A stretch of DNA of 64,000 nt from contig NC_068986.1 in assembly GCF_001194135.2 (NCBI RefSeq), positions 7,439,286-7,503,285 of the forward strand, read 5' to 3'. Under the pieces are notes generated by a model. That model was given only the letters and a program-made list of their open reading frames with translations, ran no database searches and was not told where the DNA came from. Shown one piece after another: positions 1 through 12,841 of the stretch (positions are counted from its first letter, which is position 1; the number at the start of each line of letters is the position of its first letter). The DNA comes from Octopus bimaculoides (Eukaryota). Made by a program: the position numbers and the translations under genes.

Positions 1-260
1 ATATATATATATATATATATATAATATAGAAAAATGCGAACAAGAGAAATAAAATTCTTAAGATTATAAACCTCGAAAATTACAGGACAAGTTATTGCAC
101 TTGGAAAAGTTCAGGACAACTTATTACATCTGGTAAAGTAGAGAACAAGAACGCATCGAAGCTATTCGGAAAGTTAAAGGTGAACTAACTCCATATTAAA
201 TAAATATTCACTGAATTTAACAAGTGTTCCAATTATTTTGTCCAAGCCCTTACATATGTG

Positions 261-262
<2 letters not shown>

Positions 263-316
<54 letters not shown>
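263..316. repeat. (TATC)n microsatellite
   Basis: Perfect tetranucleotide run. Confidence 0.95.
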
Positions 317-846
317 AAATTGAAAGACACAAATAAGAATCGAAATTGTTATCGCAACCTTTGGCTGTTACGTGCACTCTGCAGGAATAGTCTAGGGTGC
401 TCATATGCGCATTTGTATTTATGGACACACCTCCGAAAACACATACAAAAACATAAATAAATAAAATGTATTCAGTAGATGATCGGATTTGTTATTTTCT
501 GTTAGATTATCTCATTAGTATTCAAAACCAATAATTCTTTTTCTGTCTTATTACAATAAGTATGTGCATGTATATATTAGTCTAAGAAATAAATTCTAAC
601 CATCGGAGGTACTACGTCTGATTAGTATTCAATTGTGTAATTTATCTATATTTGGTGCTTCTTTTCATTTTATCCTAAATCGATAACAGATATTTTCTCT
701 TGCTCCAAGAAACGATTATTCGTTGGCACAAGGAACCTACGAATATGCAATTTTTTTACAGTCTGAAAAATCACTTTCCTAAATGAAATTTTCATATGAA
801 ATTTAGTATTATTTCATTCGTAGAAAATTTTGTCTCATTTTTGAAG

Positions 847-941
847 ACAAAACTATGTGATAAAGCCATTGTCTTATACTAGCGCTGAACCTGTATATAT
901 ACACCCTCCCGCCCAAATACTTTCTTCTGTTCGATACACTG
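847..941 (+). CDS. Candidate internal exon of an unknown gene (QNYVIKPLSYTSAEPVYIHPPAQILSSVRYT)
   Basis: Acceptor tttgtctcatttttgaag|, donor ACTG|gtaatg, one open frame; product not recognised. Confidence 0.3.
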
Positions 942-1001
942 GTAATGTTAGTGATGTAATCAGTCTTGTAGGTAACTGTAAACCAGCTGAACACTATGTG
1001 C

Positions 1002-1051
1002 ACCCATGCCAGCATGGGAAACGGACGTTGAATGATGATAATGATGATGAT
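1002..1051 (+). mobile_element. 3' tail fragment of a retroposon (…catgccagcatgggaaacggacgttgaat(gat)n)
   Basis: Same tail occurs in reverse orientation at about 12503-12546, ending in (gat)n. Confidence 0.55.
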
Positions 1052-1344
1052 ATATATGTGTGTGCATGTATACATGTATATGTGTATGTTAAATATGTAT
1101 ATATCTACATGTCTATATGTATACATGTATATGTATATATAATATACATATATGCATATTTATATATGGAGAGAAAGAGAGATTGAGAGCGAGATAAAGA
1201 AAGAAAGAGAGAGAGAGATAGAGTGAGTGGTGCACGAATACGTAGCTCGGGTTCCGTAGCATAGTGTAAATACAGAAATAAATTTTCGCACAGGAAGAAG
1301 CACCCAGCTTTTCGTTTGCATGTGTCATTGTGTCATTTCATCTG

Positions 1345-1912
1345 CTTGTAACCTCAGAACAAATATGGTGCACTAGTCGACTGTTTGCTACGTTATTCTC
1401 ATCACATTAGTTACTTGGAAGATTGCATTGAGTAAACATCTCTAGTCTTTTCTGCAAGAGGATGTACTCAATAGGAGAGAGAGTGGGGATTGCATCTGAG
1501 AGTGGGTTCTGTTAAGCAAACACGTGACATTCTTGAAGTGAAATTTCTAGGTAAAAGTTCTCTGAGGAACACACAGTCAGCAAAACTTTGTGGCCTCTAC
1601 GTTCTCCTCAACTTTCAATCAACGTGTGATTATTATCTCTGGGGACATTTGAAGAGTGCAGTGTACGAAAAAACAACCGGTCATAATACAGGAACCGAAC
1701 GATGAATATCATGCATGCAGTCGCCGCCATTGATGTCACTGTTTTACGCCGGTTGTACCTAAATACGGTTAAATGTGCGCAGCTGCGTATTGATACTGTA
1801 TGGAACCATTTTCAGAAGTTTTCACGATGGTGAGTCCTTTACGGCATTTGTAAATTTATTTCTGTATTTACACTAAGCTACGAAACCTGGGTTACTTTTG
1901 CGTGCACCACCT

Positions 1913-1916
<4 letters not shown>
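1345..1916 (+). mobile_element. Tc1/mariner-superfamily transposon, 3' relic
   Basis: Frameshifted LWPLRSP…CDYYLWGHLKSAVYEK matches the WPxRSPDLxPxDYxLWGxLK motif; 3' TIR-like gttacttttgcgtgcaccaccttg (1891-1914) followed by TA. Confidence 0.8.
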
Positions 1917-1958
<42 letters not shown>

Positions 1959-3068
1959 TATATGTATGTATACATATGTATGTATATATAAGCTTCGTTT
2001 TCGTAAATAAAGAAGTGTATAATTGACTCNNNNNNNNNNNNNNNNNNNNNNNNNNNNNNNNNNNNNNNNNNNNNNNNNNNNNNNNNNNNNNNNNNNNNNN
2101 NNNNNNNNNNNNNNNNNNNNNNNNNNNNNNNNNNNNNNNNNNNNNNNNNNNNNNNNNNNNNNNNNNNNNNNNNNNNNNNNNNNNNNNNNNNNNNNNNNNN
2201 NNNNNNNNNNNNNNNNNNNNNNNNNNNNNNNNNNNNNNNNNNNNNNNNNNNNNNNNNNNNNNNNNNNNNNNNNNNNNNNNNNNNNNNNNNNNNNNNNNNN
2301 NNNNNNNNNNNNNNNNNNNNNNNNNNNNNNNNNNNNNNNNNNNNNNNNNNNNNNNNNNNNNNNNNNNNNNNNNNNNNNNNNNNNNNNNNNNNAAATGATG
2401 AAAGAAGTCAAATGGACATTACGATCAATTTCGTAAACGAACAATTCTTTTTATTTCATAGCTTAAACAATATTATGTAATACATTCAATACATAGAAAT
2501 ATGAAATAATATTTTTATAGTCCGTTCACTTCCTCAGACATCTTGATCTGAAAAACACTATCATTCGATGAAAAAAGCCTGCGATGCAGAATATATTTAT
2601 GTCACATTTCTGGATGTGTCAACAACATGCAAAGAGACCAAGTACTCAAAACACTCATTTGATATATCATATAACATTTAAGTAAAAAAGAAAAATCATG
2701 ATAAAAGACAGAAAAATAGATCAAAATAAGGTCAAAATAAAGTCGGCTGTAAGTTATCGTATAAATGAAAGCATTTGCCATTGAACGACATTAAGCTAGT
2801 TTTATGACCTCTTTTGGCGACGCTAAACTGTCGGAACAGACAGACGAGCAGTAAAATGTCTGTACTATAAACCCTGCCATCCTACTCATCATACTATCAC
2901 ACTCTTACTCCACACTCACGCATATGCATAAATACACGCACTAATATGAATGGATCTTTAGCTTCTCACATATACCCCACGACACTATCTAGATAGCTAT
3001 GCACACGTTACACGTACCCACATCCACACATAGATACATATATATGTAATACACACACACATATATAT

Positions 3069-3118
<50 letters not shown>

Positions 3119-3174
3119 NNNNNNNNNNATATATATATATATATATACACATATATATATACACACACACACAA

Positions 3175-3221
<47 letters not shown>

Positions 3222-4454
3222 TATATATCTATGTATGTTAGAAACTTCTTGGTGTTGGAAATACTGAGCGTTTTACAGCTTAAACCTTATTGATTTTGCG
3301 TGTAATTTTAATGGATATTTTTAGTCCCAAAATTATAATTGCATTATTTATTAAATGTTTAGTGCCACATAGTTATGTCAATACATTTTGGAAAAAATGT
3401 ATTCTTGCTTATAGAGATAAAAAGCTTTACATATAATAAGTTACTATATCCCCTCTTGTTTTTGATTACTGAATCTAAATAGATATTTTATATCAGAAAC
3501 ACGTTGTATTTTAAAATTACATCAATAAAATTGCGTGAGATAGAAAATTATCAGATATTTATGGCTGGTTTTATATTAAATGTTTCACAGATCAGAGTTA
3601 CTCTAAAAAAGCAAATTAAAGCAATATTTGAAAGAACGCATTTGAAACAGAGAACATGTCCATATAAATCTTAGGTTTTAGAAATAATCAGTTTTTGTAA
3701 TTGTACATAGAAAATGAAACAGAATAAATTATACTTTATAGTCGCAAACGCATTGTGTAGTTTACTTTTTAGTCTGGAGTTTATTTTAACTCAATTACAT
3801 GCCAAGTGAAATTTATTATATTAACATTTTATCTCGTACATTTCTCTTTACCTCAATTTTTATGTATAGTTTAATATTTTGGTGAATTTTGGATCAACGA
3901 TACACAGCGAGCAAAATAAACTATTTTCAGTAATGCACTTAAAGATAATAATAAGCAAACGTATTATTATTTTTAAAAATAGACTTGAAAATTGATTTAT
4001 CTTTGTAAAATACCACGCTACTTGGAAAGTTTCGTACTTATTTTTTTTGTATCTAATATCAAGAAAACCAACTTATTGGAAAGAAACTGATATTTTGGAA
4101 ATAAAAATGTGTCCAGTTAATTTATTTTCTTTAACATTTGTCAATAGCTATCAAAGTTTGGTGACCTAATTAGAGAAACTCTCGCTTCAGTGGATATGAA
4201 ACACACTAGGTAACATAGGTCATAATTATTAATTTTATTCTAAAGTAAATCATAATTGATGCTTTGTCACAGACAAGAAATAAATTGCTTAAAGAAACTT
4301 TTCATCAATAAAATCTACACAAGTGTATTTTGTTTTGAAATATAGGGTTATTAATTATGGAAGGGTAATAATGGTTGTTTCTCAGAATAGATGGCTGTTG
4401 TCATTGGAGCCGAACTAATTAGCTTCAGTAGTTTTATTGTTGCATTTTCTTGGT

Positions 4455-4968
4455 TCATTGCCTGGTTAATTTCTGACCGTGAAATTGTAAATAAATGAGA
4501 GTTTGATGGTGAATCAAACATAATCTTAAAAGATAATGTGATAAAAAAAAGTTATTTGCTATAAGAGTAATTAGATTGTTGCAGAATGATGCAAGGAGTA
4601 ATTCATTTCTATTACATAATCTATTCAAATACTGTTGAATTATTTGTGTTGGGCAGAAATACACTTACGGAGGAGAAGAACCATAATCAAGCGAAACCCC
4701 GATGTCTTGTACTGCATTTATTCCTTGCATTAAATTCCAAGGTTGACATTGGTGAAATCTGAACTGAATAGGAACAAGGAATTTCATTACTGTTTCGTCC
4801 ATGTCATAACTAAATCTATTTGAAATAATATTAATAAGAACATAACTCAGAAATCTGCCTCAATGTCCCTTAGTTATAAACAAATAGGTATTGTTAGAAA
4901 AAATTTGAAGTAACTGGAATATATTTTACCTCGAACTGATGATACGAGAAATTAAATTTCTAATCATG
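4455..4968 (-). CDS. Candidate three-exon segment of an unknown gene (4968-4930, 4815-4669, 4524-4455): MIRNLISRIISSR/FSYDMDETVMKFLVPIQFRFHQCQPWNLMQGINAVQDIGVSLDYGSSPP/LCLIHHQTLIYLQFHGQKLTRQ*
   Basis: Central 147-nt exon has a tttcaaatag| acceptor, a CC|gtaagt donor and only one open frame; flanking GT-AG introns are phase-2 compatible. Confidence 0.45.
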
Positions 4969-5158
4969 CTGGGTTAGTTTTATATCTCTAGTTTTTCATT
5001 ACTTAATCAAGGAAGAAAGACACCAAGAACGGCCCTTTAATTTTTCAGCACCTTCGAGGTTGGTGTTTGGAAGAAAATAGGAACTAATCTTATAGCGGAG
5101 ACCTGGCTCGTAACCTTGCAGCATATCATACACACACACACACGCACGCACGCACACA

Positions 5159-5217
<59 letters not shown>

Positions 5218-5810
5218 TCAGGTCTTATTTGTTTTGTGTTATCTAAAAAAATATATCCTATTTAATTATCTACATAGCCTACTAACGAATTATGATATAC
5301 AAATTAAGTCAACAATGTTATAGCCTGTTAAACCACGGCTATATACAGCATCATAAATTACCAGTTCTCTGGAAGCCAAAGAAGAAAAAAAGGACATCTC
5401 CGAAGCAGGTATGTCTGACGATTGTCATTTACTTTTCTCCTCACCTCGAGAAAAATGAGCTTTCCATATCGCTTGGAGTTTCCACAGTTGACTCTGGTTG
5501 GCTTGGCTCAGTGGAGGTAAAAAAAAAAGTCGAACGAAACAGTGAAAGGAAATAGCTATAATAATTTTCCATGAGGAAAAGAAGAGATGTTTCCTATAGA
5601 TCAGTGTTACTATGTTCAATTCCATTTCTTTTTACCGACACCGAACAACCAGAGTTTAGATATGCCGCCAGTATGTCCGAGAGTCATCAATATTGCCCAG
5701 ATGTAACACTCGGTGTGAAACCTTCGGTTTTATAACCATATTCAGAAATATACAAATAACTGCTCTGTTACTCATATTGCTCAACTTTTTCAAACCTAGA
5801 ATAACAAATT

Positions 5811-5842
<32 letters not shown>

Positions 5843-5852
5843 NNNNNNNNNN

Positions 5853-5890
<38 letters not shown>

Positions 5891-6564
5891 TGAGCATGTG
5901 TACAGTTAAATGTACGACAACTTGTGTATGAGTACTAGAGCTCCACATAGATTATCATTATCCAGTCAGCTTTCAGTATAGTACTTACTCTACTACTGTA
6001 CTTAGTAGTGTTACCAGTTATGACAGAGAAATATCAAGTGAAAAGTCACGAAAAGCACAGGTATAAACTATTGGTTACTACGTACGTTTCACCATTGCAG
6101 TTCTTTGGAAATTAGCATTGGATGTTACAAAAGCATTTGGATGCCTAACCGTAACTGATCATCAGATGAACACTTTAATTGCATTCTGTTACAGTCATCT
6201 AATACATATACACATAAATAACAAATAAAAGGCAGAAGATGGAATATACGAGAATATATTATTAATCACAATTGTTTCGACACATCTAGCATCGACTCCT
6301 CTTGTGGTACACACAAAAAGTGGTTCAGGAGTATCCGGTGGTGCAGACGTATCTCATCGAGTGATAAATAAAAAAAAAAACTCGTTAAAACGACCGTTCC
6401 ATAATTCAACTTTCCGTTTTGTAGAGAGAAAAACAGCCAGACGGAGGAAAATTCTTCATATATATAGAAGATCCAAAAATAAAATTGCAGAAGACAAAAA
6501 GAGAAACGAACACTTAATCCAGCGAAAAAAGTATTGAAAATAACCGTTAACAGATATATATATA

Positions 6565-6610
6565 TCCTGCAGCATGGCCGCAGTCAAAATACTGAAAGAA
6601 GTAAAAGAAA
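6565..6610 (+). mobile_element. 3' end fragment of the SINE family seen at 20186
   Basis: cagcatggccgcagtcaaaatactgaaagaagtaaaaga matches 20548-20590. Confidence 0.75.
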
Positions 6611-6613
6611 AAA

Positions 6614-6671
<58 letters not shown>

Positions 6672-7508
6672 TACGCATACGCACACACACAGGTCTGTGT
6701 TTGTTTCTATGTGACTTTTATCTGCTCCCTCTCGTTTCCATGGGTAGAAAAGAAAGCTTCCCCTAACACGATGTAAAATATTTTTATTGAATTTAACAAT
6801 GGTAATAATAGCCCTTAGTTATGAAATTCAGATCCTGGTATTGCTAAAATCTATTGACAAAGCTCTTACAATTTCCTTTGAAAGATCTCCAAAATATAAA
6901 TATTTATTGGTTAATATGTTTTCAATAGAAAAATATTTGAATTCACGATTTATGATTTTAGTCGTGGAATGTGAAATGAACCTATTTATTCTAAAAAAAG
7001 CAAGTTTACTTAGCTGTCCAGTTTACATTGCACATCTCGAAGCAAAATATATCCAAATATAACAACGGAATCACATTAAACACATAAGTGATGGATAGCC
7101 GTGATTGCTCAGTTAATTAAGCAAGCAAAATGTCATATCTCCAGAGAGGGATAATTTCAAAGTTTTCGTTGTAATGGGAAATGTTTAAGGCACGTGCTGC
7201 CGCTGCTATTGTCTCAGTTCAGCTCTGATAAAATAAATCTTCCCATCTGTTATTTAGATAGTGTATATTTAGGGTTATACTGTGTTCTTCCTTCGTGTAA
7301 AATATGCTCCCGAAGTAACAATGAAAGAAAGAAATAAGGAAACTAACAAAGTCCCCTCCGTCATAGTATTGCTTCGTATTGTGATCCCATCAACCTCTTG
7401 CACAGAAATGTGTAGTAATACCAGTCATCGTAACAAATGCTGAATCGTATAGGTTGCAAACATTCAGTCAGTTTATAGCAATCCATTTCTCTTTACACAC
7501 ACACACAC

Positions 7509-7579
<71 letters not shown>

Positions 7580-7598
7580 AACACGGACGCAAACGCAT

Positions 7599-7845
7599 GC
7601 GCACATAAGGATACATATCTTAGAAGAACAGAATGGAGTAAGTGGAGCTAGAGCACACATAAAAATGAAAAGTGTTGCTGAAGAAGTCACAGATGTGTGA
7701 CGAAAGACTTCCGGACAATGGACATGAGTTAAAATAATAAAATAAGAACAGTAATAAACGAGTGTAGAACAAACATATAGTGCGGGTGTTCATTTAGCAA
7801 AAAAAAGAGAAAAAAATGACCCTCCCGAAATACAACAATATCTGT
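7599..7845 (+). mobile_element. About 250-bp interspersed repeat with a hammerhead-like core (CTGAAGA A GTCACA gatg TGTGAC GAAA at 7678-7705)
   Basis: Near-identical to both arms of the palindrome at 50056-50470. Confidence 0.8.
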
Positions 7846-9619
7846 TTCAGCACACGATTTCACATCAGGAATTTTGCAACACAAATTGATAAACATTTCT
7901 CTTTACATTACGGCGTATTTGTTTTGAAAGATATGCTTGTAAACATATAAACCTTAAGTTCTTAAGAAAACAAAATGGGTGAATAAACATTGAGCTGTAA
8001 AATACGGTTTATTTGAAACGGAATATTCAAGCAGATGATTATTATGAGATATTATATAATATATCATTTTTATTTTTAGATATATAATAGATAATGAGAC
8101 ATCAATATTTTGATAACAAATAACTTGCTGTCACGATTTCTTTAATATTTTTGTATTATTTTCTGACACTTTTGACAGAAATTACTTTAAATGGTCTAAA
8201 TAAAATGTAACCATGAAAATATAATAATCAGATAAAATAATGTTCTAATGATAAATCTACATCTCCTCTGCAATCTATTTTATAGTCTTCTTGTTATTTT
8301 GAATGAGCTATATATATTTATATTTGTGTTATATTATCTTTAAGAGTGTTTGAGGTTTATGTTTCTGCTGTGTATATTTAAATGCTGTTCGTGGAATGCA
8401 TGATGTGTTTTTCTGTTGTACTTCCATGATTATATTCTTTTCTAAAAAAAAAAAACTGTTGTGTATCTGTTTGCATTCGTGATTATTTCTCTCTGTATTC
8501 TGTCTATGTATGGTATCAAGTTTCTTGTGTGTTATACTAAATTTAGCGGAAGAAAAAAGAAAAAAAGAAAAAAAAAACAGAAACGCTATAAAACTAAATT
8601 TGACTTTGATCCAGGTAAACAATATTTAATTATGTATATGTGTGACTTTTAGGTATGTATGAAATATGATTTAATATCAACAAAATATTTTTAACTTCAT
8701 ATTTTGAAAACCAAAATCGAATTTACTGGTAATGTCGGTCAAAGGGGATTCTTGTTGTTGTTGTCGTCGTTGTTGTTAGATTTACACTGTGGTACATCAC
8801 TAAACTAGATTTACTATTAATATATTATACACAATCAACCATAAATACAGTTCTTCATATATTTCCACTTATTCCTTTCTGTAAGTCGCTTAATACGATG
8901 CCGATATTGTCCTAGGGGATTCTTTTATACCGAAAATGATTTTCCATCCCGTTCCCCGTTCCCATGACTGTTAAATATGATAATCAAACTAGTCAACTAA
9001 AAGGTGAAAAAAGTGATTTAAACAATATTCGACAAAACAGCTCAAATGAAATAAAAAGAGATGCAAACATTATATTGAAATGATGTTATAAATAACGTCA
9101 ACCACGAGGTCGGTGATGTTAGAGGAGTTGTTATTTCTAGTATCTTTATTGTAAACAATGGTGTGTTGGTGTGAATCGTGACAGGAGTAACTTGATGGAT
9201 GACAAGACAAAAAAAGAAGTTAAAACGTATTTGATGGAAATGATAAGTGTATTTTCTCTATTGCTCAGGGCATAACACTTTAGTTGATGTAATGAAATAA
9301 ATGAAATTGACTTCAAAAAACAGCAACAATTTAAATTGAGTAAAAAAATAAAACATTTCAGTTAATTTGTGACAAAAATAGAAGAACTCAAGTTGAATTA
9401 TTGAAACAAATAATCGATATAGAAATACATGTATTACATGGTACTAGACATATGTTATGTCTTTGTGAACAATAGAGTTATCGGTTGGAAGTTTGCACGG
9501 ACCAATCAGTGGTTCGTTGTATTTGTGGCGAGAATTACAAAGTAGTATCACTAATTTGCTATATTTCAGATGTGTCTGTAAAACATAGTTTTTGTTTCTG
9601 ATGACCAGTATTTACACTA

Positions 9620-10493
9620 ACTGACTGTCTGACTGACTGACTCACTCACTCACTCACTCACTCACTCACTCACTCACTCACTCGCTCACTCGCTCACTCA
9701 CTCATTCACNNNNNNNNNNNNNNNNNNNNNNNNNNNNNNNNNNNNNNNNNNNNNNNNNNNNNNNNNNNNNNNNNNNNNNNNNNNNNNNNNNNNNNNNNNN
9801 NNNNNNNNNNNNNNNNNNNNNNNNNNNNNNNNNNNNNNNNNNNNNNNNNNNNNNNNNNNNNNNNNNNNNNNNNNNNNNNNNNNNNNNNNNNNNNNNNNNN
9901 NNNNNNNNNNNNNNNNNNNNNNNNNNNNNNNNNNNNNNNNNNNNNNNNNNNNNNNNNNNNNNNNNNNNNNNNNNNNNNNNNNNNNNNNNNNNNNNNNNNN
10001 NNNNNNNNNNNNNNNNNNNNNNNNNNNNNNNNNNNNNNNNNNNNNNNNNNNNNCTCACTCACTCACTCACTCACTCACTCACTCATTCACTCACTCACTC
10101 ACTCACTCACTCATTCACTCATTCACTCATTCACTCACTCACTCATTCACTCACTCACTCACTTACTCACTCACTCATTTACTCACTCATTCACTCACTC
10201 ATTCACTCACTCTCTCACTCATTCACTTACTCACTCACTCACTCACTCACTTACTCACTCACTCACTCACTCATTCATTCACTCATTCACTCATTCACTC
10301 ATTCACTCACTCACTCATCCACTCACTCACTCACTCACTCATTCATTCACTCATTCACTCACTTACTCATTCACTCACTCACTCACTCACTCATTTACTC
10401 ACTCATTCACTCACTCACTCACTCACTCACTCACTCACTCATTCACTTACTCACTCACTCACTCACTCACTCACTCACTCACTCATTTACTCA
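9620..10493. repeat. Long (ACTC)n/(ATTC)n tetranucleotide array spanning a gap
   Basis: Visible array on both sides of the N-run 9710-10053. Confidence 0.95.
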
Positions 10494-10564
10494 NNNNNNN
10501 NNNNNNNNNNNNNNNNNNNNNNNNNNNNNNNNNNNNNNNNNNNNNNNNNNNNNNNNNNNNNNNN

Positions 10565-10596
<32 letters not shown>

Positions 10597-10614
10597 TTCA
10601 TAGATATATAAATT

Positions 10615-12340
10615 AATCTTATTCCAGCGTAGCCAAATTCTCATATGTGTATTTTTATTTTTCTATTTCAAAAGTGTTTCCCTCGCGAATAAAACTGACA
10701 GCGTCTAATATAAAGTCCGCCAAAATTCGACGAGGTATCGCCTTCTATGACTTTTAATCCAGTTTTTTTTAAATTTCCGATATTCGTGAATCTTATGGAA
10801 TATTCGTGTAGAAGCTTACTACAACAAAACTAACCAGCAATAAATTCGGTTCATTAGTTTTGGGGAGATGAGTCAAGAAATAGACGTAATCCCGAATGGA
10901 AGTTAGTATAGTGATGTACAGTGCTTTCAAACTAATGTCATTAAAATTATTTAGAGGATCAGAAGGCCACCCGGGATCATTTAAGATTGGTCTCAGGTTT
11001 AGATATTTTTGTTGTAGCAATTCACATACTCTCTACTGTGTTCTTTCATTGCAGTTTCAATTTACTTTTGACGTACATATTTGTGGCAGACCATAATAAT
11101 TGCTAGATTTTGGTTCAAAGTTGATGAGGTAGGCATTTTCGTTTGTGGTCGGTGAATTATAATGTTTTGAAACCAGATCATAGAGCTGCTTCATAATGCT
11201 ATTTCTGCAGAAAAAGCTGTATCTCTCAACAGTTCTTCAGCTAAATCTCGATAATATTCAAAGTCCATTATTATAATAGCACCACCTTTATATACCTGTT
11301 TTATGAATTGCTTCATCGTTCTGAAGTCATTTAAATGCAGATTTGGAAATGTTTCGTCTGACAGTATTGTCTGATATTTCCTGTGAAAATTTGGTAAGGG
11401 GCTTAATATGTTAGTTTCAAGAATACTTCTTCCTTCTACTGGGTTGAAGTTTGATTTATTCCGTGTCAAAAAATTACCATTCTCACTCACTTTATCGATG
11501 AAAATCTCAACTTGCTTTAGACAAAATATTTAGCTTTTCACTTCTACTTCTTGAAGTGACTCTTGATATATGTGAAAATTTTAGTGCTTTTGCCAAAAGT
11601 TGAAATTCAGGATCATTCAAATTTCTTTTTGATAAAATAATAATTTTAGGGTCCATCATTAAATTGTTTCAAAAAATGTTTCTCCCTTTTATTTTTCCTT
11701 TTTAGCCCTTGTTATACCGATGTGAAAAACTAATTCTTCTTTGTTTGCTTAATATTTCTGTTGTTGTTGATTTTATTTGTTGAACTTTGTATTCTGATCA
11801 TAGTGTTCTACTTTATTTCACCGTCAGGTATTGACTATGTTGCTTGTCCTTTAATTACTATTTTTAACTAACTGAAATAACAATCTAGAATCTTCAAAAT
11901 TATTGACTATTTTTCTTTTTCTCTAAATTTTGATTTTCTACTGGTTGAATGAGCATGAATTTGAAAATACTTTTTGATGTCAGTTATGCCATTTCAGTTA
12001 AGATATTTCCTAATATATTTTAGCATATTACTTAATTCACAACATATTTCCTAAGAAACAAGTAATATTGATTCTACAAAAGCCTTGATTTACTTTCTTC
12101 TTTTGAAATCGGTCTAATCCTGGTGTAATATTCTAAGTGTTGTCTCTCTTCAACTCTGCAACAATATCACTAAGCCACAGTTACTGTTATTCTGTAAGTA
12201 TTCATCGAGATACAGTTATTGTTCCTAGAATTTCCCTGAAGGTTGTTGTAAAATATAAAAGTGCTCGCGAAAATGCAAAACTAAAAGATAGAAAGCAAAA
12301 GTCTGCTTATGTCGGAATATGACTGACAAATGTATAATTT
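10615..12340 (-). mobile_element. Penelope-like retroelement (PLE) ORF relic: N-terminal region and RT
   Basis: Degenerate frames give KGGAIIIMD, PG[R]P, SIRDYVYFLTHLP…LLVSFVVVSFYTNIP, AIPRRILADFILDAV and TYENL, all typical PLE RT motifs; many stops and frameshifts. Confidence 0.85.
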
Positions 12341-12590
12341 TATAAACTGTGAACCACCATAGGCAGACTTCCACTTTTCCTTTCAGAAGGGTTTTGCAAA
12401 GCAATATTTACATACTATATTATTATTTAAAGCTTTAAGTACTTCGAGATCTACTGCACCAAAATTACTTCAGGTGCTCATGAGAGTCTATAATTCTTCA
12501 TATATCATCATCATCATCATCATCGTTTAACGTCCGCTTTCCATGCNNNNNNNNNNAAGAGAATGAGTTATCTCATTCTGTTAATTTATA

Positions 12591-12634
<44 letters not shown>

Positions 12635-12790
12635 ATAATGTAAATATAATTATAGTAAGGCCACTAATGAGTTGCGCCACATGCAAGAAATAGAGGCCAA
12701 TGGCTCTAAGAACTACATTATTTACCACATTGGCACGGGTTGAAAGCGAGGGAAATGAACAAAAAATATGTTTTTGTTAATGGTTTAACC

Positions 12791-12841
12791 ATAGATCGAT
12801 TTCTAGTTTAGGGATGTAACACCCTTTACCGTCTTCAGTAT
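12791..12841 (-). ncRNA. Minimal type-I hammerhead ribozyme-like motif in a putative PLE terminal repeat
   Basis: ATA-CTGAAGA-C-GGT…AGGG/CCCT…ACT-A-GAAA-TCGAT-C-TAT; palindromic stem III ATCGAT, AUC triplet, stem I ata/tat; same strand as and upstream of the PLE ORF. Confidence 0.65.

Noticed and set aside
4936-4960. CTGATGA…GAAA hammerhead-like string
   Set aside because: No real stem II or stem I; it lies antisense to a candidate exon
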